A stretch of DNA of 64,000 nt from Azolla caroliniana (GCA_043228905.1 JBHGNT010000001.1:18910001-18974000), one strand, 5' to 3'; positions 26,401 to 40,650 are shown, counted from the first letter of the stretch. A program made the numbers and translations. The notes: generated by a model not told the origin, from the letters alone.

Positions 26401-29400
26401 CGTGGCGTCGATGGCGAAATTCTTGTATGAATACATCTGGTGCAGGTATGGATGCCCGATTGAGCTAATAAGTGACCAAGGAGGGCACTTCCTCGGCCAA
26501 GTGGTGGAAAGCTTGACGTCGTTCTATGCCGTGGTGCATAAATGGAGCACGTCATACTATCCGCAAGCAAACGGGTTAGCCGAGTCAACGAATAAAACGC
26601 TACAGAATATCCTTCGGAAAATCATCAATGAAAACCGGAGAGACTGGGATACGAAGTTGCACAGCGCCCTATGGGCTTACCGGACAGCTTACAAAACAAG
26701 CATCCAAACCATACCGTTCCGGCTAGCATTCGGATTGGAGGTCGTCATGCTGGTAGAGTTCCAGGTTCCGAGCTTACGGATTCAGATTAGGGAACGGTTA
26801 AACGAGAAGGAATCGGAGGCAATTCGGTTAGCAGCTCTGTGTGAACTAGAAGAACACTGATTAGCAAGTATCATGCACCTGGAACAGGAGCAGCGGCGAA
26901 GAAAGGCGTTTGTGGATCGCCACCGAAAAGGAAATGAAAAGATGTTTGGAATCGGCAAGCCGGTACTAGTGTTCCAGAGCCGGATGGGAAAGATGTCGGG
27001 GAAACTACGGTTTCGGTGGACTGAACCGTACTGGATCACACACGAGTTCAATGGATCCTACCAGTTAGGGACACTTGCTGGTGAGGTCCTGGGTAAGTGG
27101 GTCAACGGATTTTGACTAAAGCCATACAAGGGACCCATGCCGAGGAACCCATTTGAACAAGGAAAGGCCGATGCCGAACCAGATACCGGCATATCGGAAA
27201 CAACGGCAACCCGATTAGCAATCGGTAACAACGAAGCCGATAAGGGGGACAAAGAGCCGGCACACGGGTTGGATAAGAGGACAGCAAACTGTCACGAGGC
27301 CGGCAAGATTCCTCATTTGGGTAAGGGTCCGTTAGGACCGTAGACAAATTAACCTAACAATTAATCAAAAAATAAAAATAAAAAATAAAAATCGAATCGA
27401 ATCAAAGAAATCATGCAAAGGAGTGGTGGGAGGGAACGGCCATGCAAACGAGGAGTAAAGAGGCACTTCGAAAAGGTACGAGGGGGCTATGAATAGGGCA
27501 TTAAACCACCGCCACATGGCACGTAATGCTATTATAGTACACGACCTACACACACAGAGGCTCGAAAAAGGCGCCAAGATGCAGAGAGAAAACCCCCCAC
27601 GCATCGAGACCTTCTTCTTCCGCGAGCCAAGGAGCACAAACGCACACATGCGCTTAAAGATCATCAAAAGAGAGAGCCAACACACACAGAGCTTCCTCAC
27701 ACAGAGCTTCCTCATACACAACCCTCACCAACGTTGTCCGACCACAACGCAGACATGGACTGCTAGACTCTCTTTGAAGCCGCCAAGAAATGGCTACGAC
27801 AACACGGATTGGAGGGGTTCCTCACAATCATGGACGCACCACCACACAAAGAAGCCGACAAGATCATCGAAGAAATTGATTTCAAGCTGATCAGGGAGGA
27901 AGCGATCCGTGCACTAACAGGCCTTCCGGAGGGGGGCATCTATATTATTGACAACCCTACCTCCGAACGGCTCATCAAATACTTCGGCGAGTATTCTCTA
28001 GCCAGCAAGGGCTACAGGACATAGGGCGGAGAAGATATGTTATTCTGAGAAATTGTCCGTGTACTCCATGAGTTCGGCCATGTATACCCTCGACCCCCTG
28101 TTATGCCTCAGAACCGAGCAGGCTTGATCATCGCAACATACGAAGGGGTGGTCAAGGTGGATTGGCCGGTGCTGATCGCCGACGGATTGTGTGTGGCTAT
28201 TGACACCGTAAGAGGTAAGGAAGCCAAAGAAGGCCGGAAAATATGGCATGCGGTGGCGCAATGGCTCACCCTATTGGCGTCACCTGTCGAGCCCGTCCAG
28301 ACCAAGAAGCAGGGAAGAGTAACGGACGGCACCCCGAAAGCTGCTTCAAAACGACAACAGTTGTTGGCCACCAAGACCACTAAGGGGAAAACAGCCGACA
28401 CGGAGCAGGCGGCGAAGGAGCGCGCCGTCCGGAAGCAATCAACGGACAAGTAGGAGGAGACACCGGCACGACCCCTGAAGAGCACACTCCGCCGACCGGT
28501 GCAGCAAGAAACGGACACCCTAGCGGCAAGAATGAATGCCGGGACTCAGGAGGAGGAAACGGAGGAAGAACCTACGGAGCACCTCCAACGGCGGCCGAAG
28601 ACGAGCACCGCAGAATCAACCGGGAAGCGTTCGGACCCATAGAAGGATGTAACGCCTTTACCCCACACTGAGAATCCCACGCCAAGGGAGGAACTGGAAC
28701 CGGTTCGGAAGGAACTGGTCTCAGAAGCCCCTGCACAACAGGCAATACTGGCAGGTCAGGAAACGGCAAGCCCCGAAACACCAGCGCCAGTAAGGCATGT
28801 GCCACCTTCCTCAGCCAGCCAAGAACAAGCAGAACAAGAGCGGCCAGCCGAAACACAACCGGAACCCAAACGGCCAAGTGGTCATCAGGCAGAGCCAGAA
28901 GTGCAGCTCGACGCAGTTAGGCGGGACCGGCCATTGGCAAGTGAACCCATCAACCAACCCTCCGTGCAGACGCAACAACAGGGTACCGGCAGCCAATGGT
29001 TCCGGTGGATAGGAGAGCAGGTTGCCGGAGTGATACTGTATGTAGAGGCTGAAGAACGAGCATAGATGGAACGGTTGCTAGTCACAACTGATGAACTAGA
29101 GACGGCCCAGTCAAGGATCCGGTGCCTTGAACAAGACTTGGATCAGGTCACAGAAGACATGGCCAAAATGGCCTTAACCGCAACACAGATCCAAGCCCTG
29201 GTGACTCCGGTGGATGTACAGAATAAAGAAACAACCACGCCTGTACATACGAATAAAACCCCGGAGATAGAAACCGTCTCGGAGAAAGATGCGGCGCAAG
29301 CCCAAGAGCTTGCCGAATTAAGGGACGAACTTGCCGCACAAGAAGCACTACGGAGCCACGAATGAGAGTTGAAGAAAGAGGCAGAAGAGGAGTTAAAGAA

Positions 29401-29786
29401 GACTGCTGAAAACTCCGCCGGGCAGAAGAAAATATGCGGAAAGGGCATCAAGCTTACGACCGGCTAAAAGAGGAAAAGGAAAAATTGTTGCAGGAGAAGG
29501 ACAAGCTGCAACAGATATCGAAAGATTGAAAGAAGAATTCCATCAACAAAAGGACCAGGAAGACCGCGCTCACCAGCAAATCAACCAGAGGCTGAAGCAG
29601 AAGACAGAGGACTTCGACCACCTGCACCGGAACTTTAAGAGCTTGGACACGAAGCGGCGAGGGACCGGATGGAGCTCCACAAGCAGCACCATGAAGAAAA
29701 GGAGAGGGTGACAATGGTGTTACAGAGGTTGCAAACAACCTATCAAAGTCAATTGTTGAATTATAGGGAGCAGGAGGCGGACACGG

Positions 29787-32700
29787 TGTCGTGAAGAAAA
29801 CCGTCCACGAGCGGAATCCGTGCACCGGAGTGTAGAAACTGACTCTTCATGCACGTGCGCCTTAAGTTGTACGTAGGAGATCCTAGGTAGATTCGGTAGG
29901 TAGGGAGTAAAGGGGAAACGGCTCCTTCCTTGCCTATAAAAGGAGGGAGACGAGGAGGGTAGAGGCATCGCGGAGAGTCGAGGGCGAAGTGCTGTCGGTT
30001 GGCGTGCGAAGGCTTCTCTCTCTCTCTCTGTGGTTCGCAAACTCCATAGCTTCCTTCTGTGCAGGTATCGGGAGGCTCGCACTGCTCTGAGGAATGCCCA
30101 AGTACTTCCGGCAGCACCTCCAACCTATTCCTGTCTTTCCGTGCGTTTACGAACAGGTATCGGCATCTGTTCGCCGGCCTGTTCGGTTGTAACCGACTTC
30201 GTGTTTTGTTGTCTTCGTGTTCTTGTTGTTTGTCTTTGTTAATACATACATACATTCGTGTCTTTCTGTGTCGCTGTCCCACTTGCGTCTTTGCGTCGAA
30301 GGGCCGTGTCCCTGTGGATCTACGCTCGCACGTAGAGGGTTCTTCCCCTTCCTCTCTCGCTCTTTGGTACAGGACCCCAGAGGTTCCGCCTCATTCCACG
30401 CATCCGCGAGGAATACCTCGACATCTTTGGTGAACCCGACGTGAAGGAGGCGGCAGAAGAGCAGAAGATGAGGGGGTCGGATCTTGCGGAGGCCATGGCT
30501 TCGGCCGTGGATCGGATATTGAGCACACGCGAGGGCACCGGCGCCCTCGACAGAGCCATTGAGGCGGTTGTCGGTACGATCGGCCGTTTCAGCGGAAAGG
30601 ATGCTACGAAGTATTTTGCGTCCTACGGGGCGGAAATGTTGATGCGGGACATTCCGGAAGAGAGGCGTCTTGCCGGGTTCCCTCGGGTGGCGAAGCCGAG
30701 CATCCATGCGGAGGTGCTCGAGGGACGGGCGGAGAGCCGTACCTGGGAGGAACTCGAAGGCCGACTCCTAGAGAAATATGGGTTGGACGACGCGCTCCGG
30801 CTTTCGAAACGGGACTTCATGGAATGGGTGGAGTCCCCCGGCAAAGGAAGAAACGCGTCGGCACTCCTCCGGGAGTTCGAAGAACGCTTTGCGCGCCTTT
30901 CGGCGCTTGACCGAACTATCCTGGATACGAGTCGGGTCCTACTGTTCGTCAAGTCGGTGGACGAGCGGGACCGGGATCAAGTCGGCTCCTTGCTGGAAAC
31001 CGAAGACGGGATGACAACCGACGGGGCTGCGGTTAAGAGAGTCTGTGGCCGTTTCGACAAACGGCGAGAATGGGCTGACAACGGGGCGGCCGGTGTGGGC
31101 TCTGTTACAGCAAGGAGGCTTGAACCGGCGCCGCAAGTACGAAGGGAAGAAACCCGGGAATGGCTCGAAACCGGTCCGGCTTCGACCGGCATGATCAATG
31201 GCTCGTCCGGAGGAGCAGCGCTGGAGGAGTTGACGCGGGCGATAAAGGATCTCCAGATCGCCCAGACTCGAAGGGAAGGCGGCGAACCGGCTCGTGACCG
31301 ACGGCCGACAGTAGGGAACAGGTGCATGTGGTGTGACGAGGTCGGCCACATCCGGAAGGACTGCGGCGATTTCGCAGAAGCGTTGAGGAGCCGAGTGGTG
31401 TACCTGTGGGAAGGCCGGGTGCACGCCGGCGACACCAGAAGGGCCCTAAACCGAAACGACAGACGAGGAGGTATGAAGAGACTGATGGAAGAGGCAGCAG
31501 CCCGACACGTGGAGGCCATCCACTACTCGGCATCGGCCGGCATTCGGGTCGGGGGCAGCGAGGCCCGAAAGGAGGGCAAAGACGGATTCTGGCCAGCAAT
31601 GCTGGAAGGTCTTGCCGGCGCACGGCCAAGGAAAGACGAAACGGACCGTGCTGAGAGACGGGTCCGGGAAATAACCGGGTGGAGCGATCCGGTCGAGGAG
31701 AAGACGGGCTTCGTAGAAGCCGCCTGCCGGAACTATGAGGCTCTGGTAGAAGACAAGCGAGTGGGGGAAAGCCGGAGCGGCCGGGCCCTCACAACGGTAC
31801 GAGACCCAATTCGGGCAACGACGGAACGACGCCGGCGGGTCCAGCTCGCAAGACAACCCCAGGAAGGGCGGATACCGACTGGGGACGGAGATAGAAAGGA
31901 CTACGGACCTACGAAAGGTCCTAGAAGAACGGATCCTCGACAGCAAAGTGGAGCTATCATTGCGAGAGGTGTTAGGGATCGCCAAGAAGGAGTTCCACGA
32001 CTCCATTGTAGACTTCGTGAAACGGAAGAGGCTGTCGACGGAGACGGATCCGGAAAGACCGGTAGAGGTGCGGACGACGCACATCGACGACTCAGCGCTG
32101 GCAGATGAGTGGGCGGAGAGCCACTATTCGAGGCCACACTGGGCCCGAGCGACCACGGAGACCCTGGTAAGGATCGGAGAGGTTCAAGAACCGGTGGTGG
32201 CGTTGGTGGACCACGGTTCGGAAATAAACCTGATGTCCATGGACTTCTATAAGAAGGGAAAGTGGCCGATCAACACCAAGCACGGGTGGAAGATACGGGC
32301 GGCGACGCGCGCCACCGAGGAACTACACGGGGCCTGCCCGAACGTGCGAGTCAAGATCGGCGACGTCGAGATTGACCAACACTTCTTCGTACAGGAGACG
32401 TCCTCGCACCCGGTCATATTAGGTGAACCATACATCATGGCGGCGCGGATGGAGACCAAAGTGCTGGACAACGGGTCGGCCTACGCGAGGGTCAAAAGCC
32501 AGGACGGGCGCCATTCGGTTCAGTTTCTAACGGTGCGGCCGAACCACGAGAGAAACCGCGAATCCCTCGGTGGCGAGAACCGGGAGGATTTTTAGAGAGG
32601 GCTGCCAAAGCGTGGGGCCGAGACAGTCCGGACACTCGGGAAAGACCCCACGATTGTACGATAGGTAGGAGATTTTGCTTCTCCGACAACGGAGGGTGTA

Positions 32701-35700
32701 TGATAGTCGGCATCGTTGGCCGAGAAAAGACAAGGGCGGAAGAGCGACTTCGAGCGTGCGGAGTTCTCAACCCGGACGAGGAAATCAGCGGAGCTGTGGA
32801 GGCGGTCTCCTTCGACGACACCTTGCGGATGCTGAGGAAGGTAGCCGGAGAAGACCTTAACGAAGACCGGACGATACCGGTATGTTCCGAAGAGATGTAC
32901 AAAGTCATCACGAACTTCAGTCGGGGGCTCGGGTCGGATCGGACGGCCCGAGTTAGCACAAAGTACAAGGCTATGGACCGGAAGGTACGGACAGTCGCGG
33001 CACCCTTACCGGAGGGCAGCGAGTCCCGGATCAGAGGGGTTGCGTCGGACCCCAGTTTACGAGATCCGGCCTGCATAGGACACACCTTCACCGACGGAAC
33101 GCTCCGGGAGCTCAAAATCGGTGGGGGCAGGTTCCTACTGCCGGCGGAGGAAGACTGGTTTCGGAGAATGCTCGGACGGCACGGGAAAGCCTTCGCATTC
33201 TCGCCGGAAGAGATCGGGTGCATGGACCCGACGATCGTGGAGCCGATGGTGATATTCACGGTACCGCATGTATCGTGGAATCTCAAGCCGATTCCGGTAC
33301 CAAGAGCTCACATCCCGGAGTTGATGGAGCTACTGAGGCAGAAAATCGATATGGGCATTCTCGAACCGTCGAGTGCCCCATACTCGAACCGGTGGTTTAC
33401 CGTACCAAAGAAAAACGGAACGTTGCGCTTCATTCAAGACCTACAGCCGGTCAACAGAGTGACCATTCGGAACGCAGGAATCGGACCGACCATAGACGAG
33501 TTCGCGGAGGCCTTCGCCGAAAGGTCGATTTACTCGGTCGATGATCTGTACTCGGGGTACGACCAGTTCCAGCTAGCCGTGGAGAGCAGAGATATTACGA
33601 CGATGCGAACTCCCCTCAGCCTAGTGCGAATGTGTACCCTGCCACAAGGAGGGACCAACTCGGTGGCCCACATGGTGAATGCAATGTACAAGGTACTGAG
33701 GGATTGCATCCCGGACATCACCATGCCGTTTCTAGACGACATCCCTATCAGAGGGTGCCCGGTGGAGGAGAAGGATGAGACAGTCGGGCCGGACGGATGC
33801 CGGCGATTCGTGGCGACACACATCGACGACTACGAGAAGGTGCTACAGAGGCTGGAGGATGCGAGGCTCACCTTCTCCGGGGAGAAATCGGCCTTCGGGC
33901 AATCGGAAATCCTGGTGGTCGGACACCTATGTGGACCTTATGGCCGGAAGCCGTCTCCGGCAAAGGTAGAAGCCATCGATGAAGACCGATTGTAGCTCGG
34001 TTACGGAAGTTCGGAGGTTCCTGGGGGCATGCGCATTCTACCACATATGGATCCCGCATTACGCCCACGTTGCGGAGCCGCTATACGGGTTGCTGAAGAA
34101 AGGGCGAAAATTCGAGTGGCGAGACGAGCACACGGAGTCGATCCGGAAGCTGAAGGAAGCTCTTGCGGCAGCACCGGCGCTCCGGAAGGCTGTCTACGAG
34201 AAGGGTACCCCGGTATACATAACGGTGGATACGAATCCGACCGGGATCGGATGGGACGTCAACCAAGAAGACGGGGACGGCACCCGGTTCCCGATCCGAT
34301 TCGGCGCTAAGGTCCTCAGTGAACGACAGCGAGGATACGCCCAGGTTAAACGCGAACTCTGGGGTATCGTTTCGGCTGTAAAGGCCGACAAAGATTACCT
34401 GATCGGGACAGAAGTGGTTATCGAGACGGATTGCCTGCCGATTCTCGGTATGGTTTCCGGATGCGCGACACCGGACCTGGCGATGCTCCGGTGGATAGCG
34501 TACATCAAGTCCCTGGACCCGGAAATACGGCACATTTCCGGAAAGGACAACGCCATGGCCGACATGCTTTCGCGGGCAAGGTTTGATGACGAGGGCGGCA
34601 TGGTTTCGGAGGACGAAGAAGTCGGCATTGACTTCTTCGAGGCAGCATATGTAACGGCCGATGGGACGAGCACTCCGGCACTTAACGACTTCGACGAGAG
34701 CAAGTACGATGGCGAGTGGCTCCAGATCGGTGGGTTTTTGAGGACGATGACGCCGGATGCGTCGTGGACGAGGGACAAGGAAAACCGGATCTGGAAGAAA
34801 GCATACCGATTCTTTCTCCAGGACGGATACTTATGGAAGCACCCGAAGAAGAGGAACGGCGTCCCGCTCCGGGTGGTAGCGATGAAGGAAGAACAGGAGG
34901 AGCTGCTGACGGCCTACCACGACAGCCCTTGGGCTGGACACCATGGAACGTGGGCCACGTTCGAGAACATAAAGGGGAAGTACTGGTGGTCGGGGCTGTA
35001 CTGGGACGTGCATCGGTTCGTGACAACTTGTGAGAGCTGTCAAATGCACTCCATAGTCCGACATCGGGACGAGCTTCACCCTACGTACCCTCCGACCATC
35101 CACTTCAAATGGATGGTAGATCTGGTGACGATGCCAATGGGAGTAGGACAGATGCGATATATGGTCCTGGCTTGGGAAGATCTGACCAACCAGGTAGAAG
35201 GCCGAGCCCTTCAGAACAAATCGACCGCGGCCGTATGTCGGTTCCTGATTGAGGACGTGATATGCCGGTACGGGTGTGTCGGGAAGATCGTGACTGATCG
35301 CGGGGAGTTGGACGCCGAAGAGGCCGAGGAGTTGTTCGACCGGCTAGGAGTCAAGCTCTCGCTTACCACTGCATACAATCCGGAGGCGAATGGGAAGGTG
35401 GAGCGCGGACACGGACCGATCGTCAAGGCGTTGGTTCGGGCATGCGGAGGTCAAGTTGGGAACTGGCCGCGGCTGTTGCCTTACGCGTTGTGGGCAGACC
35501 GAACTATGCACAGTTCGGTAACCGGATTCATGCCGGAAGAGCTGATGTTTGGGCAGAAGCCGATCATGCCGATGGAACGCACGATCTCCTCTTGGGCAAC
35601 CGTGGACTGGAGAGACGAGATGAGCCGGGAGGAACTGTTGGCGGCGCGCATACGACAGCTCGAGCGAAGACCGGAGGACGTGGAGCAGGCCGCGGGAAAG

Positions 35701-36764
35701 CTTCGAGTGGCAAGGACGAGGAACAAAGCCCGGTTCGACTGAATGCACCGGCTCCGACCGAAGAGGATCGAGGAAGGCGACTGGGTGCTAGTCTACGACA
35801 GCAGCCTCGACAACCAGCACCGAGCGACACGGAAGTTCGCAAGAAGGTGGTTCTGGCCTTACGTGGTACAAAGCGCCAACGACAACGGGACGTACCATCT
35901 GGCGGAACTCGACGGCACAAGAATAGCGATACCGGTAGCTGGGAAGCGGATCAAAGCGTTCAAGAAGCGTCACGACAACAAACCGGATCCGGTTAACCTG
36001 GACCGGGACGACGAACGATCCGAAACCGAGGAAGAACCGACGGGCGGGGAATGAAGGCTGGACCGGTTTTCTCCGTCCCAACACAATTTGGGGCATGCCG
36101 GTGGATGCGCGGTTAGGTGGGGGCGGATGTCGTGAAGAAAACCGTCCACGAGCGGAATCCGTGCACCGGAGCGTAGAAACCGACTCTTCATGCACGTGCG
36201 CCTTAAGTTGTACGTAGGAGATCTTAGGTAGATTCGGTAGGTAGGGAGTAAAGGGGAAACGGCTCCTTCCTTGCCTATAAAAGGAGGGAGACGAGGAGGG
36301 TAGAGGCATCGCGGAGAGTCGAGGGCGAAGTGCTGTCGGTAGGCGTGCGAAGGCTTCTCTCTCTCTCTCTCTGGTTCGCAAACTCCATAGCTTCCTTCTG
36401 TGCAGGTATCGGGAGGCTCGCGCTGCTCTGAGGAATGCCCGAGTGCTTCCGGCAGCACCTCCAACCTGTTCCTGTCTTTCCGTGCGTTTACGAACAGGTA
36501 TCGACATCTGTTCGCCGGCCTAATCGGTTGTAACCGACTTCGTGTTTTGTTGTCTTCGTGTTCTTGTTGTTTGTCTTTGTTAATACATACATACATTCGT
36601 GTCTTTCTGTGTTGCTGTCCCACTTGCGTCTTTGCGTCGAAGGGCCGTGTCCCTGTGGATCTACGCTCGCACGTAGAGGGTTCTTCCCCTTCCTCTCTCG
36701 CTCTTTGGTACAGGACCCCCGAGGTTCCGCCTCATTCCACGCATCCGCGAGGAATACCTCGACA
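29787..36764 (+). mobile_element. Full-length Ty3/gypsy element F inserted in the extra ORF of C
   Basis: 637-bp LTRs 29787-30423 and 36128-36764; 4-bp TSD ACGG; PBS tggtgaacccgacgtga (tRNA-Trp type) ~30428; purine-rich tract before 36128; gag (CMWCDEVGHIRKDC), PR (VDHGSE), RT (FLDD), RH and INT 30468-36054 with a few frameshifts/stops. Confidence 0.95.
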
Positions 36765-38051
36765 ACGGTCAGAATCATCAAGCAATTGAAAGAGGAGCGA
36801 CAAGCCGTGGAGAACAAATCACATATGGGAATGGAACGGATCCAGTGCATCCTCCGGGCATGGCTAAACAAGACCAAACGCTTGATTGACGAGAGCTCCG
36901 TGCGATGTTGGACGAAATGGGCGCAGAATACGACTGAACTCCAGTTGCTCAGGGCGGACGCGGAAAACCGGCGGAAGGAAGGTGACGACTGTTACATGCG
37001 CACATCGGAGGACTTCACCGCCATAAAGGATGAGCTGGCAGAAGATTTCATAGCTCTGGAGGATGAGCAATTGGTGCAGGTCCGGCAACTCATAGTTCAA
37101 CTGGACGACGATCAGATGGATGCTCAAATCCAGTTTGAGAGCTATGAGCGGTCCCGGCTTAGGGAAGGAAAAGCAAGGCAGACAGCAACGGTCAACCTTA
37201 GTGATGAGGAACCGTCGTCGGCACAAGGACCAGACGGAGACCAAGCCGGGGTAAGTCAACCAGAGACAACTCTGACGGAGGAAACAACGAAGGAAACGTC
37301 GGTGCCAGAGCAACAATCGGAGTCACAGCCGGAGTCGGAGCAGCCACAACAGCAGCCATAGCAACAACAGATTCCCATAGAGCCATTGGAAACTATGGAG
37401 CAAAGCATTCTGGACATTTTGGACAAAGAGTAACATGGCCGGATAGTGGATTCGACGTACAAGGTACTGTCCCACGAGCGTGCCATGTGTTACCCGGCCG
37501 ACAAAGGAGCTAGAAGATGTCCAGACCAAGAGTGTGAAAAGGGGAATTGTTATTTAGGAATCTGTTGTAATTATTAGTCTTAATATATTAATATGTGGAC
37601 CGACCAACCGAATTGGTATGCCGATCCGGATCCGGACCGATCCCGAATAGGTGCTGGTTAATGACGTATTACTAAGTAACCGATTAAGGTTCAATTAAGC
37701 GTTGTGTCGTAAGTTATCTTGTCGTAACACCCTTTGGTGAAGTGTCTTAAGTGGACGCCCTATGTTAGGCTGTTGTTCGGCCCTAAGGATTAACAGAAGG
37801 CAGCCGATTCGGCTCAGATGTTTGATTCGGAGATGCTGAATCAACTGAAGGCCAAGTGGAAGAAAGGGCAGTAGAAGAGGCGCCAACACCGTGATAGGAA
37901 GGGAGCTAGAAAAGGTCGTACGAGTAGACAAGCCGACCGTAAGGGTCAAGGCACGCAAAGTCGAATGGGTCAAGGAGCGCGAGCGAGGCGCGATGTCAAG
38001 AGAAATTGGAGCATAGGACCGGAAGAGCCTCAAGTTGAGCTTGAGGGGGAG

Positions 38052-38422
38052 TGTTGAGATACAAGCTCAACATTGGCCAGATCGGTGCATAAACCAGTGC
38101 GCAACAAGAGGCCGGATCGGTGCGAAAACCAGGAAACCGTTGAACAAATATTCCACAAGGGAATATATTTGGGAGTTAGTGTAGGAGCTCAGTTATGAGC
38201 ATTGAAGTACGTGTCAATACTTCTGTCAATCTGTATGGACTTGTATAAAAGTGCTCCCTGAGCACATCCTATGTACAGAGTTGTACACATTTTTTTGAAT
38301 TTAGTTTTTCTGTGTGTTCATTCCCTCTCTGTCTCTCCCGCGTACATTGTGTCTTAAGCTCTCCATTAAACCTGTTTTTCTCTGTCGGTATTCTATGTTT
38401 CGTATAGCTTCCACATGTTACA
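38052..38422 (+). repeat. 3' LTR of copia B
   Basis: TGTTGAGATACAAGCTCAAC...GTTACA, directly after a PPT; matches the LTR of A. Confidence 0.85.
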
Positions 38423-39060
38423 TTTCACACAAGCTATCAACCAATTGTCCCCTTCTAGACCTGATTTTTGGATTTGGGTTCTAGCATGGTGAAGATAGTC
38501 TTCTAGCAAGGAAAACTTCCTCCTAGAGAGGTTCATTAAGGGTTGTGCTACCTCGGTTTGAGATGGACGTTGTAGAAATTGGCCCTTGAAAACTGTGACA
38601 AATTCTGTCCAGGTATCAGGCAATTTCCCCAAAGTCCAGAGCCCACGCCACCAAGCAACGGCCTTACCGGCTAGTTCTCGGCTGACATATGCAATCTTCG
38701 TACTATCTGGCTTGGGATAGAGCTCAAAATGAGACTCCCATCAGCCCAACCATGTGCAGATTGCTTCTTTAGTTCTTTCCTTATTTTCTCCCATAAATGG
38801 CTTTACGACAAATGATGGTTCACCCTGACACTCATCGGGTCTATTAGTATCACGTTGTAAACTAATGACACGTGCCTCGAGAGCACTATGAGATTGCCGA
38901 AGTTCGGACATCTGATGCACGGTTGAATTAAGGAAATTTTATATTTGTATCAAATACGACTCAATGGGGATTGGCCTAGGAGGATTTCCTTGAATTCCTT
39001 CCGCCTTGAGTGGATGACATCGGGTCGTTCTTATGAGCCATTGAATGATAATTTCTGGCA
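38423..39060 (-). pseudogene. Decayed gypsy gag fragment
   Basis: AVAWW..LGKLPDTWTEFVTVFKGQFL..YL retrotransposon-gag-like peptide (ORF 38393-38632). Confidence 0.6.
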
Positions 39061-39089
39061 AAGAAATGGGATAAGGTCAGACAAATAGT

Positions 39090-39530
39090 CATAACATATG
39101 TCGTGGTGTAAACATATCATGGGTGAAAGAGAGAGATTGAGTAGAGTAGACAACAATATTTCGATCACAAAAAGACTCAGTACATACAACAGTGCTCAGA
39201 GTGCACTTTATAAACAGACCCTTGACGAGTGGGTTGACACAAGTACCATCAATACTTGAATGTTCATAAATGAGCCTGACACTAATTTTACCTACAATAT
39301 TCCTATTTACTATAATAGGAATATAGGCCCTCAACGGCCTTTTTCGGATTTCATCCGACTAGGCACACCCGAATCAAACTCCATTCGATTCGACTCTTCG
39401 GCTCTCGGCTCTCGGCTCTTCAACCGATTTGGCCCATGTTGAGCTTGTCTCTCAACACTCCCCCTCAAGCTCAACTTGAGATCCCGCCATGTCAACTCCA
39501 ACTGGTTCATCATTCCAGCCTCTCCTAGCG
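39090..39530 (-). mobile_element. Copia 3' LTR plus PPT remnant
   Basis: ctcaaca|ctccccctcaag at 39451-39469 is the reverse complement of PPT plus LTR start in the A/B family. Left boundary is approximate. Confidence 0.65.
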
Positions 39531-40149
39531 TTGTCGTGAAAATGCTCGCGTGCTTGTGCTACTTGAGTGGGACCATTAGGGTCTTAGATTGAGGAGGATG
39601 TTCGCAAAGATATTTTAAAGATGATGATATGGATGTTCGAGTCGAGGAAGACAATGTAAGACTTGAAAAGATCAAGAAATTTGGTACACTTAAGAGAAGA
39701 TAATTAGAATAAGATAAATGAGAGTATTATATTGATGATGGTCATATCACATATTGAGCCCCCCTTACACAAGCCCAACTAGAGTCTTTTATAGGTCTCT
39801 CCATGCTTGTGACATGCACAAAACTATGGGCTTGGAACCGTGGTTTTTGGGCACACAGTTTTTCTTGTGGCATACACAAAACCATGGGCTTGGAACCATG
39901 GTATTTGTGCACACAGTTTTTAATGGTTGTTTTGTATGTAATTTGAATATGAAAAGGAAATACATAATATGTAAAGTACTTGGTAGTAGACCTAGTGCTA
40001 AGGTAAATGTCTTTTATCTTGGAGGCACAAGGTTCAAACCCTTATTGCATCCCTCAGTATGCATTCAAAGGCCACTAGACCCTAGGCTAATTTTCATATT
40101 TATAATTGTTTGTGTAATGTGCATGGAACCACACTATTTCACAATTTCT

Positions 40150-40340
40150 CCTATTGGACATGCAACATCCGAACGACGGTCTGCAAGAGGGAGAATACCC
40201 TTCATTTTTCGAGCTACAATCGATGTTGCTCATGAAGAAAACCACTCATGTGCATCGACGAGTACACACCGACAACAAGATGTTGTACACGGAGGCAGAT
40301 CGGCCCCGTGGTCGTGGAGGACGAGGTGGGTCGGCGTTTA
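40150..40340 (+). pseudogene. Short copia gag fragment
   Basis: PSFFELQSMLLM..DNKMLYTEADRPRGRGGRGGS matches copia A gag (2279-2713). Confidence 0.7.
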
Positions 40341-40585
40341 CCTGGGGGCTTCATTGTCAAAACTTGTGTGATAGCACATGAGTTCATCAAAAGGGTTAAA
40401 TTAACCACTGAGATACATAATATATATATATATATGGGTATTAATAAATATTTCAAAATATATATACATAAGGGTATTATCAATTATGTTAGAGAAAAAA
40501 ATTACATAAACCCATGAAGATATTTCAATGAGATGGTAAATAATATATTATGCAAACAATACTCAAGTTTGGTATGTTATATGTA

Positions 40586-40650
40586 TACATTTGTACATAC
40601 ATGCATGCATACATACATAGATACATACATACATACATACATACATACAT
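40586..40650. repeat. (ATAC)n microsatellite
   Basis: Direct reading of the sequence. Confidence 0.85.

Larger units (their letters stand above)
10812..37795 (+). mobile_element. Ty3/gypsy element C (non-chromovirus, Athila/Phygy/Selgy-like) with an extra 3' ORF; host to D, E and F
   Basis: 5-bp TSD GAAGG at 10807-10811 and 37796-37800; 5' LTR 10812-10910 + 15750-16100; 3' LTR 37488-37795; PBS tggcgaccacga ~16108; gag 16209-17047; PR (IDGGSG ~23736), RT (FLDGFSGYNQI, VFLDDF), RH and INT (WGLDFVGPF) 23740-27343; extra ORF pieces 27489-29786 and 36769-37433. Confidence 0.92.
7500..38422 (+). mobile_element. Ty1/copia element B (5'-truncated), split at 10811/37796 by gypsy element C
   Basis: Integrase 7530-8650, RT (LLYVDD) and RNase H (YTNADWAG, SSTEAEY) 8955-10545; resumes at 37796; PPT ttgagggggag 38041-38051; 3' LTR 38052-38422. 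Same family as A. Confidence 0.9.

Noticed and set aside
29454-30707. Long ORFs within or antisense to the LTRs of F (also 35788-36877) and other antisense ORFs over pol genes
   Set aside because: GC-rich shadow frames with no recognisable motifs; their duplication is explained by the LTRs.
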